Source: Salpingoeca rosetta (lineage: Eukaryota; Protista; Choanoflagellata). Taken from it: a stretch of DNA of 64,000 bases. The stretch covers positions 1,380,201 through 1,444,200 of the forward strand of contig JAWQFM010000011.1 of the NCBI GenBank assembly GCA_033442325.1, given 5' to 3'. Below the pieces are notes generated by a model that was not told the DNA's origin, did not search any database, and was given only the letters and a program-made list of their open reading frames with translations. Shown here in pieces: positions 23,962 to 51,703 of this stretch (its first letter is position 1; the number at the start of each line of letters is the position of its first letter). The translations under genes and the position numbers were made by a program.

Positions 23962-24268
23962 CACACACAAAAAAAAAAACAAAAAAAAATTAACAAACAT
24001 GCAAGAACCTACAAACAAGCCGACCTTCTATTTCATTCCAGTGCTTGCAGGTAGTGTTGAGCGAGTACCTTCTGTTGTGAATGTTTAGGTGCTTGAGTAA
24101 AGGGAGTGAAGCTAGCTAGCAAGCAAGCTGTCGTGACAGTGTCCTGAAATTCAAAGTCCCAAAGCAGCAAAGCGACCACTGGCTGGAACCAGCTTCCAGC
24201 GCAGCGTGCTGCTCTCATTGAAGAAGTCAATTTTGACTTTTACAAGAGCAATTTTGCCTTTGTTTGCT

Positions 24269-24275
24269 GTTGCCA
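24269..24275 (+). promoter_or_regulatory. Candidate RFX (X-box half-site) GTTGCCA upstream of the SPATA17-like gene
   Basis: GTTGCCA about 270 bp upstream of a ciliary gene; a short motif that could occur by chance. Confidence 0.35.
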
Positions 24276-24539
24276 AGAAGAAGAAGTGAAGCGAGCGAGC
24301 AAGAAGGCACCAAGAAGGCAAGCAACCAACCACACCAAGAAGCAAGCAGGCAGGCAGGCAGGCGATGCTGGAAGAGGCCGGCACGGAGGCGAGCAGCAGC
24401 TCCTTGTTTGACCTCCTCGCAACCCAATCCGCTCGGTAATGGCGAAGAAACCCAATAGTGCTGCTGTACTTTGTCTCTGAGAGCACTTGCCCCCACGGTG
24501 AACTTGTTGTGGCGGATGGCATGACATCTTACACTTTGA

Positions 24540-27120
<2,581 letters not shown>

Positions 27121-27745
27121 CATGCGATATTGGCAACCCTTTGTTGTGCTACAACACCGTTTGTTTTGTGTGTTGCGTGGCTGGTTGGCCTGCCCTTGAT
27201 TCGTCAATTCCACACACCGCAAATCCCCCTTTGGTTTGATCTTGTCGCGCGCTTCTCTCCTGCCTGGTCAGTTGGTATGTGATGCGTTGGTGTGGCTGTC
27301 ACCTCATCACCGACATCACGTTTTGTGCATTAGAACATCAACTGTGTATTGGGTGTTGGAGGAAAGCGGGAGGACGAGGCACAGGACAGGTGGGCAAGGT
27401 AGGCAGCAAACAAGAGCGCAAGGAGACGGCACACATGTGCACACGCAAACATGGCAACACGAAAACGAGCAGAACAGTGCAGCACCACGACAGACACAGC
27501 GCACGCAGAAACACACGCGCTGGTCGTGGCGAGGGAGAACGAAAAGCCATGGAAAACAAACAAGAGCAAGCAAACACGCAAGTGGGCAAACAAACGCACG
27601 TGCCGCCGTCATTGCGGCAGTGGCGGTGGCTTGTGCGTGCAAACAACGCACACGCACACGCACACGCACGCGCACACGCACACGCACGCGCACACGCACA
27701 AAACAATGGAGAGAGGCAGAGAAGGTGAACGGGCCGAGGACCGTG

Positions 27746-40455
<12,710 letters not shown>

Positions 40456-40567
40456 GGTGGGTGGCAGCTCGATCTCAATCACAGGGTGTTTACTGAAAAT
40501 TGACTGCCCTGCCCACTGACAATCGTCAATCTAATTATACTGTCGTAAACAGCACCAATTGGCGGCA
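40456..40567. promoter_or_regulatory. Very short (112 bp) divergent intergenic region / bidirectional promoter
   Basis: Between the minus-strand ATG at 40455 and the plus-strand ATG at 40568; relatively AT-rich core. Confidence 0.6.
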
Positions 40568-42321
40568 ATGCGATTAGTGCCTGACTTGGTGCCAGCGCTC
40601 ACATCCAGTGTCCTGGACGCGCTGAAGCGAGCCAACCTCTTCACTGGTGTGTAGTGTGTACTGCGTATGGCTGCGTGGCTTGCGTGATCTCATGGTTTGC
40701 GTGGCTACATGGCTGCATGATCGAGTTTGTCAACACTTGCTTGTGCATGCGTGTGCTTGTCATGCGCGCGCCACAATGTGCCAATGTCTGTAGCTGAGCT
40801 TGTGTGCTCTTGTGTGCGCCCATGTCAGTGTGTGCAGGGTCATCTGCCTGCGTTTGTCCGTGCATCCAGCTGTGTCTCACACCATGCGCTGTGCGAACAG
40901 TGAATCAGTTTCTGTTTTGCGGCGATGCACAAGTTGTTGCAGACACAGAGCTCCCCATCACCACGGTAGTGCTGTTGAGGGAGCAGCTGCTGCAGCTCGA
41001 TGCGTACAGAATACAAGTGCGCAGCGCACGCTCGAGCCTCGCCCGTGAAGAGAAGCACAGCGTGTCCACCGGAGTTCACACGTGAGAAAAGAGCTCGCAT
41101 GACATGTGACCCTGTCTTGCTTACCTCAGCTTATGTGTGCCAGAGCCACAACTGGAGTTCTTAGAACCAAGACTCACGCGACTGGGTTTGTGCGGCTCTG
41201 CAGGATCGACGACCTTCTCGGTGGCCGCGGATTGCCAGCCGGCAAAATCACACAGCTCTTTGGGCGCAGCTCGACAGGAAAGACCCAGGTTTGTCACATG
41301 CACTCCACAGGTCGCTGGGGGGTGGTGGTGGTGGCTGGGGATGCGATTGAGAAAGCTGCGCGTGCGCGACTTGCGATCGCAGTTGGTGATGGCAATACCG
41401 CGCGCCCTTTGTTCCGCTGCCGTTTTGCAGGTGTGTCTGACGGCCGCTGCTTCCGCCGCCTGTGAAGGACATCAGGTACATAACAGCCCCGGCCGCCAGT
41501 CGTGCTTCCTTGTGCGCCGCCTTTTTGCGTTGCATACAATGGCTTCGCGCCAAGCTCGACCGCAACCCACCACTCTCTGTTTTTCTTCTTCTTTTTCTTC
41601 GACTGCAGGTCGTGATATTTGACAGCAACTCATCGTATGCTGCAGAGAGATTACGCGACATCATTGAGCATAAGGCGGATGCGTCACACCAGGTCCATGC
41701 GTGCGTGCGTGTGTGTGCGTGCGTGTGTGTGCGTGCGTGCGTGCGTGCGTGCGCACATGTGTTGATGGTAGGGCGCTGTGTTAAGTGCGCACTGCTCACT
41801 GTATGTGACCCGACTTGCATTCATGCCATCCATGCTGTCTTTGCTTCAATGCGAACTGGATCTACATTGGCAGGCGGTGGATGTGAAGAGCGCGTGCGAG
41901 CGGATCCGAGTTGTGGCCGTGCGCGACCCTTGGCAACTGATCGACGGCCTGCACCACCTCCTCTCGATGCTATCACCACCCTCGTCATCCTTGTCATCGT
42001 CATTGTCATCCTCACAGCCGCCACTGTTACCGTCGCCTGCCGCTTTGCATCACAGCGCATCATGTGCGTGTGCTGGGCTCCCTCACCGAACAGCTGCTGC
42101 TGTCACTGTGTTGGTGATCTTGTTCTGTTGCTTCGACACAACAGCACACCCACGCCTTGCTGAACAGCATCAGTGCTTGGCCCTCACAGACGTTACGTGT
42201 GTGTGTGTGCATGTCAATGTGCGTTTTGGAGTACAGCGACTTCGACGCTGATTGTCATTGACAGCATTGGCAATACCTTCTCTCCATACATTAGCTCCAC
42301 GGCCAACGGTGCGCGCCTCTG

Positions 42322-42353
<32 letters not shown>

Positions 42354-43408
42354 TGTGCGCGTGCGTGCGTGCGTGTGCGCGTGTGTGTGTGCGTGCGTGC
42401 GTGTGTGTGTGTGCGTGCGTGCGTGCGTGTGTGTGTGTGTGTGCGTGTGTGCGCGTGTGTGTGTGTGTGTGCGTGTGTGTGAATACAAGCGTGCGCAAAC
42501 AAGGGCGTGCGCAAACAAGGGCGTGCTTTTCACTGCTCACCCCTTGCTCACGCACTCGTGCTCACACACTGTCTTGCCAACGTTCATGTGCATGCATCCG
42601 CCGTGGCGGCGTTCAGGTCACGCCTTGCTGGCCAGTGTGGGCGACATCCTTCGGCGCATCATGCAAACCACACATGCGGCGTGTTTGGTGAGTTCATGCA
42701 CACGCTCGCGTGTGTGATGACAGGTTGGCGTTTGTGGATAACGCCACCACCTGCTCCACTCTCTCCCATTTCTTGGTTTTGTTCGCCCAGCGGTTTTGGA
42801 CTCATGCACTGTTTGATGCCGCAGGTCACAAACTACCTCGTACACAGCGGGGCTCACCCCGATGGTAAACCCGCCCTTGGCAGCGCCTGGGAGCGCACTC
42901 CTTTCATCAACATCAAGGTGCAGTTACACCCGCAAGTCGCCCTCAACGCCACCTCCTCTTCACGCAGCTGATGTGTCGTTCACGTACCTGCATGAATTGC
43001 CCACTGATGTTGACTTTGCTCCCTGTTTTTCTCCAACCCAACTACTACAAGGTGGCCCGGGCCGACCCCAGCAGCTTGTTAACAACCCTTGAAGTGCTGC
43101 CTGCTTGCCCTTCTCGTATCGAGGTGCGCGTGCACTCGTTCTCAAGCCTCAATATCTGCTCCTCCATGCGCGTGCACCCATGCATGCAGGCCTGCAAAGT
43201 GCACCTTTGGCCTTTCCCCCAACCACCTCCTTTTTCGCGCCCACCCCAACTTCCCAAACCTCTCACGCCTCACTCATAATTGCTGTGCTATGTGATTGTG
43301 TGGCGTGTGCTATTCGTGCACATGGACTGTGAATAGGCGCAGGTTGGCGTCGGCTTTTCGGCGCAGGTGGGGCTCGGGCCGACCGGGGTTGTGGACCTAT
43401 CGACGTGA
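40568..43408 (+). CDS. RAD51D: RAD51 paralog RAD51D-like, multi-exon
   Basis: N-terminus [26 protein letters not shown]; [31 protein letters not shown]|VCL (Walker A); LIVIDS (Walker B); VTNY...KPALGSAW typical of RAD51D; last exon 43337-43408 less certain. Confidence 0.85.
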
Positions 43409-44526
43409 ACCGTTGCCATGGCTGACGTGGACCGTCTTGGCGACAACGGGTGCTCTGCAACGCAACAAACAACAACGACAATAACAATGACAGTTACACT
43501 GAGATACACACACACACACGCACACACAGACAGACAGACAGACACACACACACAGACACACACACACACAGACACACACACACACACACAGATACACACA
43601 CACACACACAGACACACACACATACACACACATACACAATATGGATGGATGGACAGGCATACAGGGCAATAAACGTAAACCCTTGTGAACTTTGCATCAA
43701 GGCCCAAGACAATGATGACACACGCGCGGTGATGACGTCATCACAAGTGCTTTGAATTTGTTCGTGACTGTGTGCATTGTGATGTTCCTGCCAACGCCAG
43801 AACAGCCAGAACTTCAGGAGATCTTGCATGCATATTCCTGTGCCTTTGATTCGCGGAACTGCGTTCGTGAGCACCCCACGCTGTCGCGGTGCTTGCCGTT
43901 TGCTCACACACGAAGCCAGCAACGCTATCGTGGTGGGAAGCAAGTTGCACCTTCGATCCGCACACATACCACACTGCCAACCACGCCACCGAGTACCAGC
44001 CACCTTCCACCCCCGACGCACACATTTACCCCATTCCCATGCCATCCCCAGCGTTGAACATTTTGAGTTAGACGGCCAGGGGAAGACAAGCACTGAAGCG
44101 GACCGTAACCAGAGAGCACTTGCTCTTCCTCAGTTCCTTCTTCCTTGATCTCTTTTGAAGAGAGAAACACGCATCTCCGTGTCAGGTAAACGAGGCGAGT
44201 GTGTGCTTGTGCGCCCAGTTCGCCATTTGGCCCGCTTGTGCCCTCTCTTGCCGCGCTTGGCTCACCACCGCATGCCGTGATGTTTCAACACGTCTGCCGG
44301 AGCAGGTTTCGAGGCGCGAATACGCGGCTTGGAGTTGGTTTGACAAGACAACACACTTGCACATCATGAGGTTCGTCGACACAGGTGCATGTGTTGACCC
44401 TCTCTGTGTTTCCTTTGCTCACCGCCCGTTGGCAACCATGCGAACTCGTCCCCCTCCCCTTCCAAGCCGGCTTCATTTCTAACGCCTGTTCTTGTTCTTC
44501 CTTGGGCATCCCGTGCCTGCGTTCGT

Positions 44527-44736
44527 ATGCTTCCGCCCTGTTGGGACTCGCTGGTTCGGGACAGCTCACAGGCACATCACGGAGGTGACGCAGCAGCGCA
44601 GCGGAATGACGGCTTCAACCCCATCCCGTTCATTGTGCTGGCTGTGATTGGCCTGGCCGTTCAGTTTGTCGTGCGATCCATGCTGGTACGGAGAAGAACC
44701 AACCCTCTGCCTGCTTGAGTGCGGGTGCGTGCGTGC

Positions 44737-44835
<99 letters not shown>

Positions 44836-46680
44836 TTCACATGCAAATATTTACATGCATATGTTGTCGCGTGCGTGTGCGTGTTCGTGTGCGTGTGCGT
44901 GTGTCTTGCAGATGCGACTCCCCTCACGCTTGTCCTGCTTTCCAAAGCCCATCCATTGCTCTTTTGCGCTTCATCTCAACCATACTTCATGTCAACTTGC
45001 GTCCCTGCCATAACCAACAGAAAAAGGAAGAGCCAGAGGAGGCCGAGCGGCCCGTGCGTAGGTCCTCTTCGCGCTCCCGATCCAGATCCACATCGAAAGC
45101 GCGAACGCGCTCCGCGTCACGTACACGCTCTAAGAGCCCACGCACAGCGTCGTCTCTGTCCCGCCGCTCGTCCACGACCAGCCTTGGGTCGGCAGCGAGC
45201 GCCAACCCAATCTCAATGGGTGAGCGCGGGCGCAGCCGTGCGCGCACTCCGACCGCCATCGACGACGAGGACGTTGAGTCGAATGCCGCTTCTGCGTCCA
45301 AGAGCGCGCATGCATCGCCCCCGCACTCTGAGCGCCGAATGTCAAGACGTGACAGCGAGAGCAGCCTGCTTGCGGACTCGGAGCAAGGCAGCATGACAAG
45401 CTCGGTGGCCAGCAGCGGCGGGCACAGCGCCACCAGCGGGGCGTCTGCTGGGTCACGCAAGAGCGTTCTCTCGGCCCGCTCCTCGGCGTCAATTCGCAGC
45501 ATGTTGTCGGCACGCAGCTCAAAGAGCGCAGCGAGCGTTGTCAGTCGCATCTCAGCCCGCAGCACGTCATCAACGCGCACCATCCGTGCTGCCGACCAAG
45601 ACCAGCCCAAGGCGGTTGCACCTTTGTCCTCATCCGAAGCAACCAGCGTGCCTCCTCATCGCTCGAAGCCCGTCAACCAAGAGGCACCCACAGCCGCCGC
45701 TCAAGCACCGGCGCTTGCACGTGTGACCAAGATGACCCGGCGCAATCGCAGCAAAAGCTTCTCTGGGTTCGTCCAACTCTGTGTGTGTGTGTGTGTGTAT
45801 GTGTGTGTGTGTGTTGTGTGTGTTGTGTGTGTGTTGTGTGTGTTGTGTGTGTGTTGTGTGTGCGAACCCCTCTGCGTACTCTTCTTGTTGCACATGTGCA
45901 CAGGTTTCCCCCCGTCCACATGCACAACGACAGCTCACCGCATTGCAGGCTTCTATGTGGGTGTTGTTCTGTGTCACGCCTTCACACTTGCTTCACAACT
46001 CACAAGCGCATGTCGGTCCGCCCGGCTCTGAATGTCATTGTCTGGACAGGCGCGGTATTAAGATCGAGGCCCTGGCCGACCAGGCGCAGGCGCTGGCAAA
46101 CGCAGGCAACAGCAACAGCAGCAGGCCATCAAGCAGACAGCAAGCTAGGTCGCCAACCACAAGGCCCAGCGCCGCCAAGAGCACGGCGTCAAAGCCAAGC
46201 ACGCCAAGTGCAGCGGCAGCCACTCCCCCAGCGGCGAAGGAGACGAAGAAGACAAAGAAGAAGCCGAAGAAGCAGCTCAAGCGCGCCAAGAGCCAGGGTG
46301 TTCTTGACACTGGCGCAATGTCTTCGACAACAGCAGCAGCGGCAGCAGGCGGTTTCGGCGGCGGTGGCCGTGATGGCGGCTCTTCGTCTGGTCCCAGCGC
46401 GTTTTCTTTGTCCATTGGCAGTGTTGAGAGGCAGCGGCTGATGCGCGCCATCACATCCATCAGCCCTCGTGACGACGCAACAGAGCTTGTGTCCGTTGGG
46501 TTTGCGTCTGGTCAGGAGGCGGAGCTGCCGCTTCGGGATCCCAGCGAGCGCACGCGCACGCGCCTGGAGAAGGAGTTGGATGAAATGGAGCAGGCTGCCA
46601 TGTACGCGGGGCTGCCCCACTACACATGGAAGGTGGATTTGGGCGACAACGTCGTCGTCGTCAGCGTGCGCTCCGCGTAG
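44527..46680 (+). CDS. Hypothetical single-pass membrane protein with Ser/Arg-rich tail (start uncertain); exons ~44570-44686, 45021-45766, 46050-46680
   Basis: Hydrophobic FIVLAVIGLAVQFVV segment followed by in-frame GT-AG-bounded Ser/Arg-rich exons; no recognised domain. Confidence 0.5.
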
Positions 46681-46702
46681 GACGCCCTTCCTGTGTTTTT
46701 TT

Positions 46703-46768
<66 letters not shown>

Positions 46769-47516
46769 GTGTTTGCTTTGTGTGTGTGTGTGTGTGTGCT
46801 GTCTGTGTGTGTTTGCTGTGTTTGCTATGTGTGTGTGTTTTGCTTTGTGCATGTGCGTGTGCTTTGTGAGTAGTACATGTGTTATTGCCTTATCTTTGCT
46901 GCGCGTGTGCACGCTGCTGAATATGGCACAAGAGCTTGTGTGCGCATGTTATGTTGTATGTATTCACTTTCATCTCGTATCTCTGCTCCTTCTCTGTCTG
47001 CGCCGTGCCGTGCACTTCTCCGAGCAAACTCGCCCTCTTCTGTCCCTCTGGCATGTTCGCCACACCTTGCTCCATGGCAGACAAGTGCAGCGCCAAAAGG
47101 GCGCATGGTTTCTCTCGCTAGCTCCCCCGTGTCTTCTCTTTACGTGAAGCACCCACGAAACAATAAACAACAAAAGCTGCTGCCCGACGCAAACACACAC
47201 CACTCTACCACTGTGCTTGTGCCATCAACGCCGCGATCGTCCTCATCACACCTCTCTTTCGCTTCACCTTCATTGACAACCATAACCATCATCGACGCTT
47301 CAGGGATTCATTGAGGCAAGTGTATACAGGAGCAGAGCAAGGGGGAGTGCCTGTCTGAAAGGAAGTTTACTGATGTGCGCTTGATTCACAGACAGGGAAG
47401 AGCAAAGAAAGAGGGGAATGGGGCCGTGAACGCACAGGAGCAAAACGGTGGGCACACGAGGCGCGACCAACCAACACGACAACCCAGCCAGGGCCAGCAG
47501 GCGCAAGCGAGCAAGC

Positions 47517-49573
47517 TTAGGCGGTGGCAGCCTTCTTGGCAGCGCGAGCCTTGCGGATGGACAGGTTGTTCTTGCGACGGCGCTCGTTCTTGAGGTAGGC
47601 GTTGCGGCGCTTCGTCTTGACGTACGGGTTGAGCTTCAGCAGAGCTTGCAGGTTCTGTCAAGGCAAAAGAAATGGGAGCAAGCGAGTGAGCGTGAGAGTT
47701 TGTGTGTGCGTGAGGCGTGGTAGGAATGTGGTCAAAGCTGAGGTCAAAGTGTGCTCGACAAGGCCAAGTGGTGCGGGGCGCCACCACCATGCACAAACAA
47801 GCGACGGGAGGCATCAAGATCAACACACGCATGCATCCAAGCAAAGCGTGCACCCATCGACGAGTTGTTTGGACAACACACAAAAACAAACAAACGAGCA
47901 GCGTTTTGTCAACGAACCGTCAGCGGGTTCTTCTTGACGGTGCGGCGGCGAGGAGCCTTGCGCTTGGCGCGGATGACGCTCTGGATCTCATCCGAGTTGA
48001 TGATGCGGGAGAGGTCGGCGTTGGTCATCTTGGTGCGAGGCATGTAGTAAGGGGCGCCGTTGGTGCGCTTCTTGAGGGACATGTCTGCGGGCTTGTTGCC
48101 GGTGCCGAAGAGCTTGTTGAGGTGGTTGAAGGCGCCCTCGGTCCAGATGATGAAGCGGCCAACGTGGCCACCGGGGGCGAGCTTGAGCACGCTGAGGGAC
48201 TCAACGGGGCACAGCTCCACACCAGGGAGGTTGCGGAAGGCGCGCACAATGCCGTTGTTCTTCTTGTAGCAGACGAGGGGGCCGCGGCGCATGGTGTGGC
48301 GGCGGTTCCTCCACTTGCCCTTGCCGGAGCGGAGGCTGCGGCTGTTCTTGCAGCGGTCCACGTCGTTGTAGGCGCCGAGGGTCTTGAGGAGGGCGACGGC
48401 GGCCTTGGTGGTCTTCATGCTCTCAACCTCGTTGGAGACGACGAGGGGCACCTGCTGCAGCTTGGCAATGGAGTGGCCGCGGGCCTCGACGAGGGAAGGG
48501 AGGGCGGAGGCGGCGAGCGCAGACGCGGTGGCGAAGCGGCGCTGGTTCTTGTTGATGCGGCGGTGCCAGTGGCGCCAGATCTTGGTGGGGGCGAACATGC
48601 GACCCTTGCGGCACATGTTACCGAAGGCACCCTGGCCGCTACGGCTGGTACCGCTGCCGGCAACACGGGGGATACGGGACACGGCGCGGCCGGTACCCCA
48701 GGAGGCAGCAGAGTGCTGGTGACCAGCGCGCTCGCTCACGGCGTAAGGCTGGCGGCTGAGGTGATGATAGAGAGAGTCAAAGAAAGAGAGAGAAAAAGAG
48801 GGAGGGGGGAGAGAGAGAGTGTGTGTGTGTGTTGGGGAACAAATGTGTGCACGCACACGTGTGAGTGAGATTGAGTGTAGTTTGAACGTGAATGGCAGGG
48901 GAGAAGCATGGGAGCAGGCACAGGCACGTGCGTACGTGGAGCAGTGAAACCAAACAACAAACAAATAGTGACATGTGGGATTATGAGATGAAGCGTTCAC
49001 CACTGACGATGAGCGCATGAAAGCACATGTCCACCAAACGCAGGAACACACCCTCCCTACACACGTGAATGCGAAAGAACGCACCTGTTCTTGGCCATGT
49101 TGGTGTGAACAAAGTGCACAACATCCGTGCGGATGGGGGCAGTGAACACAGCGGGCAGGGCGACCTGACCAACGCTGGCGCCCTTGGAGGTGCCGTAAAC
49201 GGTGACTTGGCGGCGAGCCGTGGCCTACACATGGTGATTGAGCGAGCGAGCGAGTGAGTGAGTGAGTGAGTGAGTGAGTGAGTGAGGGATTGGAATGGTG
49301 GACACAGTGCGTGAGGCAGCAAATGGGCTGGTGTGGTACGTGCGTGATCAGTGAGGGCCAAGTGGACACCAACTAACCACACAAGCGCACACACACACGC
49401 ACCACACCAAGTGATCTTCACCACTGTGGTGCCCTTGTCACTTCAGCATCAAAAGAAGCTCTGCACAGACACAGACGCAGACACAGACACAGACACAGAC
49501 ACAGACATACGCTCAAACACACAAGCACAAGTCATCGACCACCACCATCGCGTGTGCCAGCAAAGCTCACCAT
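47517..49573 (-). CDS. RPL4: 60S ribosomal protein L4 (uL4); exons 49573-49571 (ATG only), ~49224-49087, ~48754-47918, 47654-47517
   Basis: [84 protein letters not shown]|[11 protein letters not shown]. Confidence 0.97.
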
Positions 49574-49609
49574 CTTGGAAGGTTGTGCTCTCGCGTGTGT
49601 GTGTGGAGT

Positions 49610-49624
49610 GGAAGGGGAAAAAGG
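49610..49624 (-). promoter_or_regulatory. Candidate TCT / 5'TOP pyrimidine initiator of RPL4 (CCTTTTTCCCCTTCC)
   Basis: 15-nt pure pyrimidine tract starting about 50 nt upstream of the ATG on the sense strand. Confidence 0.45.
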
Positions 49625-49819
49625 CACGTTTCTCTCATTTTGTCGCACAAGGATAATTTTTCTCAGGAAGCACGTGTGGCAAGAGGACAATTCGCCAAAT
49701 CTTCCACACAAATAACGGGTTGCAAGGATGAAACTGAAATCAGGTTCTCTGAGAACCAAGAAAAAAAAAAAGGAACAACAAGTTTTGTTCTTTGGGGTGG
49801 GGGGAATGCCGCGCACAAT

Positions 49820-51604
49820 TCAAACAACGCTGGTGGTGGACGAAGTGGATGACGACAGCTTCTTGAGCAGCGCGCGTTGTTGGCCCCGACTGCGTGCTTG
49901 ACTGCTGGCTGCTGTTACCGCTGGCCTTGGGCCTGCGCCGGTGCTCGCGCCTGAGGTGCTGGTGCTGGTGCTGGTGCTGTGCGTGTGGCGACGCCGAGGC
50001 GCCTGCCTCTTTGTGGCCGCTGTTGTGGCTGTTGTGGCTGCTGTGGTTGCCTGCATGGCGCTGCGCTTGACAGGGGTCTCCATCTCCGCTGAGCCGCTGC
50101 CGTTGAGCTTGTCTTCGAGTCCGTGGTTACGGTGGCCACATTCGATGGTCGACTGATCACATTGCTGCTGGCTCTGCTGCTCCACACCATGTGCCTGACC
50201 AGCGTCGCCGTCAACGACCATGCCAGGCACAACGGGCGATGCTGCGTCAGCGCTTGTGAGTCTTCGCACGCCAACAGCTGCACGCGACCCTGTCGACGTG
50301 CTGCGGGAGCGGGTGCGGTTCGCGTGCTTGCAATGCAGCTCAGCATCAGAGCCATCAGCTTCAGATGAGCGGGGAGGTTTCAGGTACGGAACGCGTTGGT
50401 GGTGCTTGTTCGTGCCAGCGGGGTCATGCATGTCATCAGGATGTGTGTGGGCATCGCCACCGTATTCGTCATCGTCCTCCTGTTGATGTTCATGCCCATG
50501 CCTCGCATGGAGAGCGCCGCCCTTGTCACGGTGGCTGCGCTCCGTTGGATCAAGCAGGAGTAGCTGCACGAGCAGGTCATGTGTTCGTGAATCGCAGCGT
50601 TCGCCCAGCACAGACACCTCCGGCCACATGTCTTCCCATCCCATGGGCAGGTGCAACTGCATATACAAGCACATGCACACACAAGGGTGAGTGCAAGTAT
50701 GTTTGTGTTTGTTTGTGTGTTGTGTGTTTATATATGTGTGTGTGTCGTTTATATGTGTTTGTTTGGTTATGCGTTTGTGTGTGTGTTTGTGTATGTGAAT
50801 GTGTATGTGTTTGTTGGGCGGGCAGCAATGACACATCCCAGCACGTGAGGCAAGGTGAATTCCAGCCAGCCTGACAGACAGTGACAGACGCCAACTGCAA
50901 CGGACCTTGGAAGACACTTGTCGTGCTTCTTTCGTCACGGCATCATCGACCTGTGATTGAACCGAAATGAATGTCATGTCAGAAATTGAGCAAAGTGCGG
51001 CGCGTATGTGTATGTGTGTATGTGTGTGTATGTGTATGCGTGTGTATGTGTGTGTGTATGTATGTGTGTGTATGTGTGTGTATGTGTGGAGTTGCGCACG
51101 TGTGTGTGTGTGTGTGGAGTTGTGTACGTGTTTGTAACGACAGGATAGCATTGCTCTGACTGTGGTTTTTGGAAGAAACCAACCTTGAGCAGGTTGGGAT
51201 CCTCAATCAGCGCTCGAATGCAGGCGACAACGGCATCGCTGCGACCTTTGGGGATGGTGTGTGCCTGTCACGAGAGATTGTAAGCAGCCACAGGCGTCGC
51301 ATTGTCGACAGCGGTGGATTAGTACAAGAGAGTATACACACAACAGAGCAGAAGCGCACGTGCAAGGCAAAGCGCAAACGCTGTGGTGATGTGTTGTTCA
51401 GGGTTGAGTGGCAGAATTCGGGCGATGATGGTACAGTGGGCGATGGTAGCATCAACGCATCACTCACCCCCACCCACCCACACACACAACACACACACAC
51501 ACAACACACAACACACACACAACACACACAACACACACAACACACAACACACAACACACACAACACACACACACAACACACACACACACAACACACACAC
51601 ACAC

Positions 51605-51703
<99 letters not shown>

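Noticed and set aside
47717-48868. 383-aa plus-strand ORF
   Set aside because: Antisense shadow of the strongly codon-biased RPL4 exon.
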